Below, piece by piece: positions 27,074-35,928 of a stretch of DNA of 64,000 bases. The notes beneath the pieces are model-generated. The model saw only the letters and a list, made by a program, of their open reading frames with translations. It searched no databases and was not told the DNA's origin. Position numbers and translations under genes: made by a program. The stretch comes from Candidatus Micrarchaeota archaeon (lineage in GTDB: Archaea > Micrarchaeota > Micrarchaeia > Micrarchaeales > CABMGC01): NCBI GenBank assembly GCA_021797995.1, contig JAJZYR010000001.1:6114-70113 (forward strand), written 5' to 3'. The first letter of the stretch is position 1, and each line of letters begins with the position of its first letter.

Positions 27074-28093
27074 TTAGTAGAGCCTGTCCATCGACTCTAT
27101 GGCCATGGCAGAACCAGTCTCACGCTCCCGCTTCACTCCGAACTTTGCCTTCACTCCGGTAATAACTGACATGACGCGTATCTGGTCGGCAAGCTCAGGC
27201 ATCATCCTCGCCCCGAATATTACGTTTGCATCAGGCGCAAGCGATTCCGTCACTCCTTCACCTATCCTTGTGGCGTCGCTTATCGTGAGATTCGTGCCTC
27301 CTACGACATGTATCAGGCCGCCCTTTGCCCCTTCATAGTCTACATTGAGCAGCGGATGCATGCGCGTGGACCTTATTGCTTGCTCCACCCTGTCATGCCC
27401 GCTTCCCATTCCAAGGCTTATCACAGCCGTCCCTGTGTCCTTGACGACATTCCTGAGGTCGGCAAAGTCAAGATTGATCAGGCTTGGAAGCGTTATTGTA
27501 TCAGATATGCCCTTTACCGCATTTCCAGTTATGTTGTCAACGAGCTCAAATGCGCGCTCTATCGGCAGATTTGGCACATAAGAGAGAAGCTGGTCATTCT
27601 CTATCACTATCGTGCAGTCAGCCTGCTTCTGCAGCTGCTCAAGGCCCCAGTCGGCCTTCTGCTTCCTGGATCTCTCGAGCGCGAATGGATATGTGACTGT
27701 TGCTATGACCGTTGCTCCAAGCTCCCTTGCGACGTTTGCGACCGTAGGCGCAGCTCCGGTGCCTGTTCCGCCTCCCATGCCTGCCGCAATAAAGACGAGA
27801 TTGTAGTTGGCAAGCGCAGCTTCGAGCTCCTTCCTTGACATATCCGCGCATTTTGCAGCCACTTCGGGGAAGCCTCCTGCACCGAGCCCCTGTGTAATCT
27901 CCTTGCCTATGAGTATCTTCTTGTGGGCCTTTATCATGTTAAGATGCCCGACGTCCGTATTTACGGCTATAGTGTCCGCGCTCTTTATGTTGTGCGAATA
28001 CAGTCTGTTCACCAAGTTGCTGCCCTGCCCGCCGACACCCACTACCGCTATCTTTGGCGAGAAGGCGTCATAATCAAACTGATTTTCTCCCAT
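27074..28093 (-). CDS. ftsZ: Cell division protein FtsZ (paralog 2)
   Basis: VVGVGGQGSNLVNRL and the tubulin signature GMGGGTGTGAAP are present. ATG 28093 (MGENQFDYD) is the likely start; the track ORF extends to 28144. Confidence 0.9.
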   Translation of the reverse strand: MGENQFDYDAFSPKIAVVGVGGQGSNLVNRLYSHNIKSADTIAVNTDVGHLNMIKAHKKILIGKEITQGLGAGGFPEVAAKCADMSRKELEAALANYNLVFIAAGMGGGTGTGAAPTVANVARELGATVIATVTYPFALERSRKQKADWGLEQLQKQADCTIVIENDQLLSYVPNLPIERAFELVDNITGNAVKGISDTITLPSLINLDFADLRNVVKDTGTAVISLGMGSGHDRVEQAIRSTRMHPLLNVDYEGAKGGLIHVVGGTNLTISDATRIGEGVTESLAPDANVIFGARMMPELADQIRVMSVITGVKAKFGVKRERETGSAMAIESMDRLY

Positions 28094-28163
28094 TTGGTCA
28101 CCGATTAAGCATGAAGGCAGCAATAAAGAGAGCTGCCAAAGCAAAATCCTGCAATTAAACCAG

Positions 28164-29213
28164 TCATATGGCTTCGAGGCCGCCGTACGTCGTCTCCTTC
28201 TGCTCCTCGAATTTGCCTACTATGCTTGATCCCTTTACCCCGGTAACTATCGCGACGATCTCTATCTGGCCCTCATATCCAGGGATGATTCTTGCCCCCC
28301 ACTTTATGTTGGCCTTTGGATCCATGCGCTCGGTTATTACCTCCCCTGCCTTAATCGCATCTCCAAGCGTAAGGTCAGACGCACCTGATATGTGTATGAG
28401 AGCGCCCCTTGCATTCTCAAAGTCCACATCAAGAAGCTTGTTCTTCAATACGGCCTCTGCCGCTGCAGTCACCTTGTCGTTGCCCTTTCCGGTGCCGACT
28501 GAGATGAAACCCACATCGCCGCTTCCCATTATGGAGCGCACGTCGGCAAAGTCTATGTTAATCAGGCTTGGTTGCGTAATCGTCCATACCAGGCCCCCTA
28601 TGGCCTTTGCTAGTATGTCATCGGCAACGGCAAACGCCTCGTTCATCGGGAGGTTTGGCACAAGCTTTACCAGCCTGTTGTTGTCCAGTATGATCACGCT
28701 GTCAGAGTACTTCCTCAACTTCTGTATGCCCTCCTCGGCCTTTACCTTTCTTACTCTTTCGAGGTCGAACGGGTATGTTACCATGGACACCACGATTGCG
28801 CCCTGCTCCTTTGCTATCTGTGCGACTACAGGCATCGCCCCAGTTCCTGTTCCGCCTCCCATGCCTGCGCATAGAAAGACAAGCTGCGCCCCGTAGAGCA
28901 CCTCCTCAAGCTGCTGCCTGTCCACCTCGGCTGCCTTCGCGCCTATGTCAGGAGCGCCTCCGGCTCCCAGGCCGCGGGTTATGCTCTTCCCTATGAGTAT
29001 CTTTTTGATCCTGTCATCTATGATCTTGAAGTGAGTAACGTCTGTGTTCAAAGCCACAAGGTCAGTGCCCTTCACGCCCACCTTCAAAAGCCTATTTACG
29101 GTGTTGTTTCCCCCGCCCCCCACTCCGATAGTCACTATCTTTATCTGCGGCGACGCCGAAGCGTCATCGTTGCTCTTTGCTCCCCCTAACAATTCGTTTG
29201 TAAAGTCTACCAT
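28164..29213 (-). CDS. ftsZ: Cell division protein FtsZ (paralog 1)
   Basis: TIGVGGGGNNTVNRL and GMGGGTGTGAMPVVA are present, and the length and layout are FtsZ-like. Confidence 0.9.
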   Translation of the reverse strand: MVDFTNELLGGAKSNDDASASPQIKIVTIGVGGGGNNTVNRLLKVGVKGTDLVALNTDVTHFKIIDDRIKKILIGKSITRGLGAGGAPDIGAKAAEVDRQQLEEVLYGAQLVFLCAGMGGGTGTGAMPVVAQIAKEQGAIVVSMVTYPFDLERVRKVKAEEGIQKLRKYSDSVIILDNNRLVKLVPNLPMNEAFAVADDILAKAIGGLVWTITQPSLINIDFADVRSIMGSGDVGFISVGTGKGNDKVTAAAEAVLKNKLLDVDFENARGALIHISGASDLTLGDAIKAGEVITERMDPKANIKWGARIIPGYEGQIEIVAIVTGVKGSSIVGKFEEQKETTYGGLEAI

Positions 29214-29390
29214 ACAGATCGCCTGTGATTGAGATTACAATAGATAGGTTTAAATATCTTTTGTAAAATCCAGGGTAGTGGAATGTGTTTATCCCGATGG
29301 CATAAGTGATACTGCAGTACATGAATCTTACCTGATATGCAATAAAAGCTTGGCGGGGATATCCATTTATTGCGATAAAAAACAGGAAAG

Positions 29391-29708
29391 ATGTGCATGC
29401 CCGGAATTGGAAAAGGCAGGATAATGGATAGACTGCGCAGGGAAGGGCTTACCCAATTCCAGCAGAATGTGCTCGTAAAGGTAATGGAGATTCCGAAGGG
29501 GGAGACAAGGAGCTACAAGCAGGTTGCAGTCATGGCAGGATACCCTAATGCGTACAGGGCCGTAGGCACTGCGATGAAGAAAAATCCGATGGCGCCAGTG
29601 ATTCCGTGCCATAGGGTAATAAAGAGCAGTGGGGAGCCCGGGGAATACTCTGGAAGAGGGGGAAGAACCGAGAAAGTGCGCATGCTGAAGAAGGAGAGGG
29701 CCTTGTAA
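29391..29708 (+). CDS. ogt: Methylated-DNA--protein-cysteine methyltransferase, stand-alone C-terminal (DNA-binding/active-site) domain
   Basis: TQFQQNVLVKVMEIPKGETRSYKQVAVMAGYPNAYRAVGTAMKKNPMAPVIPCHRVI contains the PCHR active site. At only ~100 aa it lacks the N-terminal domain. Confidence 0.8.
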   Translation: MCMPGIGKGRIMDRLRREGLTQFQQNVLVKVMEIPKGETRSYKQVAVMAGYPNAYRAVGTAMKKNPMAPVIPCHRVIKSSGEPGEYSGRGGRTEKVRMLKKERAL

Positions 29709-29817
29709 TATCGCGTAGTGCCGCCCTGGATGTGCCTGCCTTATCCATCGTGACAGGCAATGCTTATGCACACAGGCGCCAATTGCATATCAAGAGCATG
29801 AGCTTATGGCAGCACTC

Positions 29818-31584
29818 TTATTTGTCCTCGACCCTTATCTTCCTCTGCTGCCCAAACATCTCGATTATCTCCTTTGTCGTGGTCGCATCCTCAGCACTCT
29901 TGTCCTTCCGCACCCCATCGCTTATTATCCTTGGGAATCTCAGCGCGTACCCTATGCCTGAGGAGTCCTTCCCGCATGCATGCATCGGCGACCTTGTTAT
30001 CTCATCTGCCCTTACCTCGACTATATATGTTGGCTCGACCCAAAAATCCGGCACGACAACGGAGTCTACTCTTGCGGGCTTGTGCGATACCTTTATCTTG
30101 TCAAGCATCCTCTTGAAGCTCTTCATCTGCTCTTCCGAGAATCCTGTCCCAATCCTAGTTACCGATTCGAACACGTCCTTCTTCTCATCGTAGGCCGCAG
30201 CAAGGAGTCCGCCAAACTGAAACTCGGCCCTCTGCCCTCTTCCAAGATAGTAGCCTATTATAACCAGATCGACCGTGTCTGAGAGCTCCCCCTTGTAGCT
30301 CCTCTTGAGCTTTATCCAGCTGAACTTCCTTGCGCCTGCAACGTACGGCGAATCAAGACCCTTTGCCACGATGCCTTCAAGCCCGTTACCCACCTGCTCC
30401 TCGAAGTACTTCTCAAGCTCGCCTGGCTTCTCGGCCAGTATCCTGTCCGACGGAAGGATTATACCCCCTTTGCCTATTATCGACTCAAGGCCCGCCCTCC
30501 TCTCATGGTATGGCTTATTCAGATAGTCCTCGCCGTCCAGGTACATGAGGTCAAACGCGAAGAGATGAAGCGGGATCGAGAGGCTTTTCTCCTCTATCCC
30601 GTGCTTTCTCTTCCTTTGTATTGTCTCCTGGAAGGGCCTAAACTCCCCTGTAGCCTCGTCATACGCTATCGCCTCTCCCTCAATTATGACCTTGTCGGCA
30701 TTTATCTCGGACAGCGCCGCCGCTGCTATGTCAGGGAGCATCGGCGTCAGCCTTTCGAGGTTCCTCGAGAATATCTCCACTTTCTTCTTGGCCCTGTCCA
30801 TATGGACCTGCGCCCTGAGCCCGTCGTACTTAGACTCCACGGCGCACCTTCCGTGCATCTTCTCAAGGATTTCCTCGGCAGTTGGAAGCCTCTCCGCAAG
30901 GGCCGGCCTTATGGGATTGAAAAGCGAGACCTTGAGCTCCGCCGCTCCGCCAACCCCTGACTCCGCAAGGATCTCGCCCACCTTTCCGAGGTCGCCGCAT
31001 ATGTTGTATGCATTTTCAAGGGCCTGCTTTGCCTCTCTCCCTCCCGTCGCATTCTTTGATAGCGCCTCCAGTATCGTTGCATCTCCTACCCCTAATCTCA
31101 GCTTTCCGAGAGCAAACCTTATTATGTACCTGGACTCCAGGGGCGACGCCGCAGAGAGGAGCGAAACGAGGAGGTGTATCTTTGCCTCCTGGCTCCCCTG
31201 CCCTGATGTGCCTGCAATCTTCAGCATCGTCCCAAACACATCGCTTATGCCGTGCTTCTCCGACCTTATCCTCCTGAGCCTTGTTTTACCTGCAAGCTCC
31301 TCTGCCACACTTCCTATGTCCCCTGCCTTCCTTGAAAGTGCAACAACCTCTTCCTTGGAGAATCCGGTGGCAGCGGCGACTGCCTGCTGCGCAAACTTCT
31401 CGGCAATGCCGAGATCTAAGCTCTCAAAAGGCGGGCCGAGCAGCCCCTGCGTCATATATATCAGCGGACGCATCTCACCTCTCTTTGCCTTTCCAAACAT
31501 CCCAGCAAGTATGTCTATCATCGTCAGGCGTGACGAAACGGCTTCAAGCTTCTGGTAATAAAACGCAACCTCCTCGAAGAGCAT
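29818..31584 (-). CDS. lig: ATP-dependent DNA ligase (archaeal Lig1 type)
   Basis: The adenylation motif ESKYDGLRAQVH (KxDG) is present, with EGEAIAYD, EGIVAK and WIKLKRSY as further motifs. The protein is 588 aa. Confidence 0.95.
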   Translation of the reverse strand: MLFEEVAFYYQKLEAVSSRLTMIDILAGMFGKAKRGEMRPLIYMTQGLLGPPFESLDLGIAEKFAQQAVAAATGFSKEEVVALSRKAGDIGSVAEELAGKTRLRRIRSEKHGISDVFGTMLKIAGTSGQGSQEAKIHLLVSLLSAASPLESRYIIRFALGKLRLGVGDATILEALSKNATGGREAKQALENAYNICGDLGKVGEILAESGVGGAAELKVSLFNPIRPALAERLPTAEEILEKMHGRCAVESKYDGLRAQVHMDRAKKKVEIFSRNLERLTPMLPDIAAAALSEINADKVIIEGEAIAYDEATGEFRPFQETIQRKRKHGIEEKSLSIPLHLFAFDLMYLDGEDYLNKPYHERRAGLESIIGKGGIILPSDRILAEKPGELEKYFEEQVGNGLEGIVAKGLDSPYVAGARKFSWIKLKRSYKGELSDTVDLVIIGYYLGRGQRAEFQFGGLLAAAYDEKKDVFESVTRIGTGFSEEQMKSFKRMLDKIKVSHKPARVDSVVVPDFWVEPTYIVEVRADEITRSPMHACGKDSSGIGYALRFPRIISDGVRKDKSAEDATTTKEIIEMFGQQRKIRVEDK

Positions 31585-31678
31585 TATATCCCAGAAACCC
31601 TCTCAGGCAAGCAATAAATGTGTTGCTGTGCCTCTGCAAACTGAATACCGGAAGTAAAGGCACCATACGCCTTTTTAT

Positions 31679-31969
31679 ATGATAAAAAGAAAATACTATT
31701 TCGGTGTAGGAATGGCAGCATCGAATACGTTGGGGGTCGGGAAGCAGCAGTTCAGGAGCCTTAATGGAAGGCCGCAGGACGCAGAGCAGATAGCAGATCA
31801 CTTGTGGGAGCACGTAAAGTATCCTGCAAGCAGGAGAAGTATAATAAGTGCCTGCGGCGGACTGGAATGCCTGAACAGCGAGGAAGACAGAAGGTGGTTG
31901 ATGGAAAACCTCTACGACGGTACCTTTAGGAATGCAAGAGAGGTCGAAAAGTCCCTCAACATAGAGTGA
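31679..31969 (+). CDS. DUF2795-like small protein
   Basis: The pattern IADHLWEHVKYPASRRSIISACGG...LYDGTFRNAREVEKSL resembles DUF2795. This is from recollection only. Confidence 0.4.
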   Translation: MIKRKYYFGVGMAASNTLGVGKQQFRSLNGRPQDAEQIADHLWEHVKYPASRRSIISACGGLECLNSEEDRRWLMENLYDGTFRNAREVEKSLNIE

Positions 31970-32046
31970 AGCGGGGCGCATGGCGCCCCCTTCAGCTTAC
32001 TGGCTTACTTTTTTATCCTTTGCCTGTGGAATGCTGTCGTGGTCGG

Positions 32047-32664
32047 ATGATAGAGTACAGCGGGCTTGCGCTGGAGACGGCTATGGAGGTATATGAACCG
32101 TCCGACGATTCATTTCTAGCGGCTGACTTCGTTCAGGAGTACCTTGATCGGCTCGGCAAGGGAGGTATCAGAGCCATCGATATAGGAACAGGGACTGGAA
32201 TCCTGGGGCTGGTTGCGGCGAGGAGCAAGAAAGTCAGGAGCATGGTGCTCTCCGATATAGACCCCAAGGCCGTGTCACTGGCATTATCGAACTATAGAAG
32301 AAACCGTGAGCACGTTGCTGCCGAGTGCTCCTTTGTCAAAAGCGATATGTTCTCTGAGATAAATGGATGTTTTGACATGATCATATTCAATGCGCCGTAT
32401 TTGAGGCACGAAGAGAAGGCTGGCAGCGGGGGTGGCTGGTGGGACGGCGGCCCAAACGGGATAGAGGTCTCAAAGAGGTTTTTAGCCGAAGCAGTAGGGC
32501 ATCTTAGCAGGGCTGGTGTTGTATTCCTGGTTTACAGTTCGCTGGGTGCTGTCGGGAATCTGAAGGCGGCAATAAACGATCTGGGCATGTGTGAGGTCAA
32601 TTCCAGATCCCTGCACCTCTTCTTCGAGGACATTGTAGTGTCTATGCTTTCCTGCACACATTAG
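32047..32664 (+). CDS. HemK/Mtq2-like N5-glutamine methyltransferase
   Basis: VYEPSDDSFLAADF, SAM motif I (IDIGTGTGILGL) and an NPPY-type motif (IIFNAPYL) are present. The track ORF starts at GTG 31966, which gives an unlikely N-terminus. Confidence 0.7.
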   Translation: MIEYSGLALETAMEVYEPSDDSFLAADFVQEYLDRLGKGGIRAIDIGTGTGILGLVAARSKKVRSMVLSDIDPKAVSLALSNYRRNREHVAAECSFVKSDMFSEINGCFDMIIFNAPYLRHEEKAGSGGGWWDGGPNGIEVSKRFLAEAVGHLSRAGVVFLVYSSLGAVGNLKAAINDLGMCEVNSRSLHLFFEDIVVSMLSCTH

Positions 32665-32673
32665 CCTGTTGTA

Positions 32674-33933
32674 TTATCTCGGCTTTTGCAGCCTCAATAC
32701 CTTCCTTACTTTGGCTATGGCGCCAACAGCCCTGTCCACATCCTCCATGTTATTATACAGATAGAAGCTCATCCTTGCCACTGAGGGCTCGTTCAGCACC
32801 TTATTCACCAATGGCATTGCACAGTGATGGCCTGCTCTTATTGCAACCCCTTCGCTGTCGAAGATGGTCGCGACATCATGCGGATGCGCGCCCTTTATAT
32901 TGAACGATATTACGCCTCCGCGGTGTTCCGTGTCCTGCCCGTCTGGCCCATAGACAGTGACGCCGGCTTCAGAGGAAAGTCTCTCAAGCGCATACGCTGT
33001 AAGCGCAACCTCGTGCGCCCTTATCATTTTCATGCCCGCAGAGTTAAGGTACTCTATGGCCCTTCCCAGACCTATGCCTCCCTCTATGTTCGGGGTTCCG
33101 GCCTCAAATTTCCACGGAAGCTCGTTCCACGTAGACTCCTTGAAGTCCACGCTGCGTATCATGTCGCCTCCACCAAGGAACGGTGGCATCTCCTCAAGGA
33201 GTTCCTCGCGGCCGTATAGCACGCCTATCCCAGCTGGGGCAAGCATCTTATGCCCGGAAAAAGCATAGAAGTCTGGATTTATTTCGCCGATGTCCACTGC
33301 GAAGTGCGGCGCTGCCTGGGCGCCATCCACAAGCACGACTGCCCCGGCCTTGTGGCCCAGTTCAGTTATCTTCTTAGCATCGGTTATAGATCCAAGGACA
33401 TTAGACGCATGCGTGAATGCAAGCATCTTAGGCCCTTCCGCAAGCTTTGCCTTAAGATCATCCATATCTATGCCGCCACTTCCCCGGCTAAGCCTTACAA
33501 AGTCGAGAATGGCACCGTTCCTCTGCGCAAGGAGCTGCCATGGGACTATGTTGCTGTGGTGCTCCATCTCGGTTATAAGAATACGGTCCCCCTTACCTAT
33601 GTTCTTCTCACCCCATGAGCGCGCGACGAGGTTTATCGACTCTGTGGTATTCCTTGTGTAGATTATGTTCCTGTATGATGCAGCGTTGACAAACCTGGCG
33701 ACGAGATCCTTTGAGCCTGTATAAGCCTCTGTGGCCCTTACCGAGATTTCATAGAGTCCGCGGTGTATGTTTGCATTATATCCTTTGTAGTACGCCGATA
33801 TCGCCTCTATGACTTGTATTGGCTTCTGCGAAGTCGATGCGCTGTCAAGGTAAACTAGAGGCTTTCCATGGGACAGCGTTGACAGTATTGGAAAGTCCTT
33901 CCTTATCACTTTCGTATCAAGTCCCTGCTGCAT
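32674..33933 (-). CDS. sufS: Cysteine desulfurase SufS
   Basis: The PLP-lysine context (AFSGHKMLAPAGIGVLYG) and the active-site Cys region (RAGHHCAMPL) are present. It is the last gene of the suf cluster. Confidence 0.9.
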   Translation of the reverse strand: MQQGLDTKVIRKDFPILSTLSHGKPLVYLDSASTSQKPIQVIEAISAYYKGYNANIHRGLYEISVRATEAYTGSKDLVARFVNAASYRNIIYTRNTTESINLVARSWGEKNIGKGDRILITEMEHHSNIVPWQLLAQRNGAILDFVRLSRGSGGIDMDDLKAKLAEGPKMLAFTHASNVLGSITDAKKITELGHKAGAVVLVDGAQAAPHFAVDIGEINPDFYAFSGHKMLAPAGIGVLYGREELLEEMPPFLGGGDMIRSVDFKESTWNELPWKFEAGTPNIEGGIGLGRAIEYLNSAGMKMIRAHEVALTAYALERLSSEAGVTVYGPDGQDTEHRGGVISFNIKGAHPHDVATIFDSEGVAIRAGHHCAMPLVNKVLNEPSVARMSFYLYNNMEDVDRAVGAIAKVRKVLRLQKPR

Positions 33934-33937
33934 GATG

Positions 33938-34663
33938 TCATCCTAGGCCGTATCCGGACCTCTCTATCTCATCTATAAGCTCCTTTCCGCCTTCCCTGAC
34001 AATCCTGCCGTCTTGCATGATGTGTATGACCTTCGGCTGCATGTAATTTAATATCCTGCTGTAGTGGGTTATGATAAGAAGCCCGAGCTTCGTTTCCCTC
34101 TGAAGCTCGTTTACGTTCTCTGCAACAAGCTTTACCGCGTCGATATCCAGCCCTGAGTCTGGCTCATCGAGTATTGCGATCTTCGGCTTCAGCACCGCCA
34201 TCTGGAGTATTTCCACTTTCTTCTTCTCGCCCCCTGAAAAGCCGTAGTTCAACGACCTCCCTATCAGATCCTCCTTCATTTTAAGCTTCTCTGACCTTTC
34301 CTTAACCTCGGCCATAAACTCCTTGAATGGCTTGGTGTTCCCTGCCGAGCCCCTTGCGGTGTTCAGAAAATTCATGAAGCCGAGGCCCTCTATCTCAGTG
34401 GGGCTCTGGAATTCCAGGAAGAGCCCGCACTTTGCACGCTCATTTGGCTTCATCCCTTTTATGCTCTCCCCGTCAACCAGTATGTCACCATGCGTCACTT
34501 TCAGCAGGGGATGACCCATTATCGCCTTTGCTAGGGTCGTCTTTCCGGAGCCGTTCGGCCCCATGAGGACGTGCTGCTCCCCGCCTTTTACTGTAAGGCT
34601 TAGTCCTTTCACTATCTCCTTTCCTTCGGCTTCCACATGCAGATCCTTTATTTCCAGTATCAT
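33938..34663 (-). CDS. sufC: Fe-S cluster assembly ATPase SufC
   Basis: Walker A (GPNGSGKTTLAKAIMGHP), signature (FSGGEKKKVEILQ), Walker B (ILDEPDSGLDIDA) and THY are present. Confidence 0.95.
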   Translation of the reverse strand: MILEIKDLHVEAEGKEIVKGLSLTVKGGEQHVLMGPNGSGKTTLAKAIMGHPLLKVTHGDILVDGESIKGMKPNERAKCGLFLEFQSPTEIEGLGFMNFLNTARGSAGNTKPFKEFMAEVKERSEKLKMKEDLIGRSLNYGFSGGEKKKVEILQMAVLKPKIAILDEPDSGLDIDAVKLVAENVNELQRETKLGLLIITHYSRILNYMQPKVIHIMQDGRIVREGGKELIDEIERSGYGLG

Positions 34664-34667
34664 CGCA

Positions 34668-35909
34668 TCACTTCTTTCTTACTTCCCCGAGCCATATATT
34701 CTTTGGCGTTATGTCTGATATGACCCCGAATGCCTTGGTATCGAGCTTATCGAGCATTATCGACATCGCAATCTCCCTCATGTTCGGATCTTCCATTCTT
34801 GAGATGTATTTTGCCATGAATGCAGTAACGATTATCTTCTTTGCCTTCTCTTCATCGAGCCCCCTTGACGTAAGATAGAACAGGGACTCCAAGTCGATTG
34901 GTGAGGTAGAAGCGGAGTGAGTCGCCTTGACCTCATTGCTGTAATCTATGGCCATGTCGGGCAGCGCGTCTATATGGGCATCGGGGCTGAGCAGAATCCC
35001 CCTCTCCGCTATCTTTGAGTCTGCGCCTTTTGCGCCATGGCTTACCTTTGCATAGCCCTTTAGCATGCACCCTGATGAGTCGTCAAGGACAGCCCCAGAC
35101 TCTATGTTTGCGCTGCTGTATGGGGCCGTATTTAATACGGCTGCATTGAGGTCGAAGACCTGGGCCTTTGCACCATATGCAAATTCAGTCACATCTATCC
35201 TGCTTGAATGGCCTCCTGAGTCCAAGATGCTTACGGCCTTTGTTGCATTTCCGCCGCAGTAAAAGTAGTTTGCATTTATCCTTGCACCTTCTGCCGCACT
35301 TGCCTTGCAGAGGCCCAATACCGACGTATGCTCATTCTCATTGTGCAGGGCATTCATCTCTATCTGCGAGTTCTTTGCTGCAGAGACCTCATGAAGGATT
35401 GAGACTGTCGAGCTGCTCTTTGAATTGGAGACATATAACTCTGAAAGCCTGAGCCTCGAATATTCGCCGAGGTTCACTATTACCTGTACTGAAAGGTTGC
35501 CTGCGTTTACGAAGAGGATATTCATTTTCTCTTCCGATCTTTCTGGAGAGTCTATGAGGATGAAGTACCGCGCATTTCCATTGACATATGCGGCAAGCTT
35601 GCTCTCGCTGCTGCGGAATAGCTTATTCTTCAGGAGAGAGTCGCTTGCGTCCTTTGCCTCTATTATCCTTATCTTACCGTTTATGGCTTTAGTAAACGAG
35701 TCGGAGATTATCGCATCGAACTTCATCCTCGTCTTGTTGCATATCGAACTTATGAGTGCATCGAGCCCGCTGATGCCCGTCTTTTGGAACGGCTCTTCGT
35801 CTCCGGGAAGCGGAATAGCCACATTATATCTCTTATACACCTCGTTACTCTCATACGGAAGCATTTGGTAATACTCCCTGGCCTCTTTGATAAATTCGGT
35901 ATAAGACAA
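34668..35909 (-). CDS. sufD: Fe-S cluster assembly protein SufD
   Basis: The C-terminus belongs to the SufB/SufD family (KATHSASTSPIDLESLFYLTSRGLDEEKAKKIIVTAF) and the region is beta-helix-like. Confidence 0.8.
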   Translation of the reverse strand: MSYTEFIKEAREYYQMLPYESNEVYKRYNVAIPLPGDEEPFQKTGISGLDALISSICNKTRMKFDAIISDSFTKAINGKIRIIEAKDASDSLLKNKLFRSSESKLAAYVNGNARYFILIDSPERSEEKMNILFVNAGNLSVQVIVNLGEYSRLRLSELYVSNSKSSSTVSILHEVSAAKNSQIEMNALHNENEHTSVLGLCKASAAEGARINANYFYCGGNATKAVSILDSGGHSSRIDVTEFAYGAKAQVFDLNAAVLNTAPYSSANIESGAVLDDSSGCMLKGYAKVSHGAKGADSKIAERGILLSPDAHIDALPDMAIDYSNEVKATHSASTSPIDLESLFYLTSRGLDEEKAKKIIVTAFMAKYISRMEDPNMREIAMSIMLDKLDTKAFGVISDITPKNIWLGEVRKK

Positions 35910-35928
35910 ATTAGCACCAGCCGTTGAC

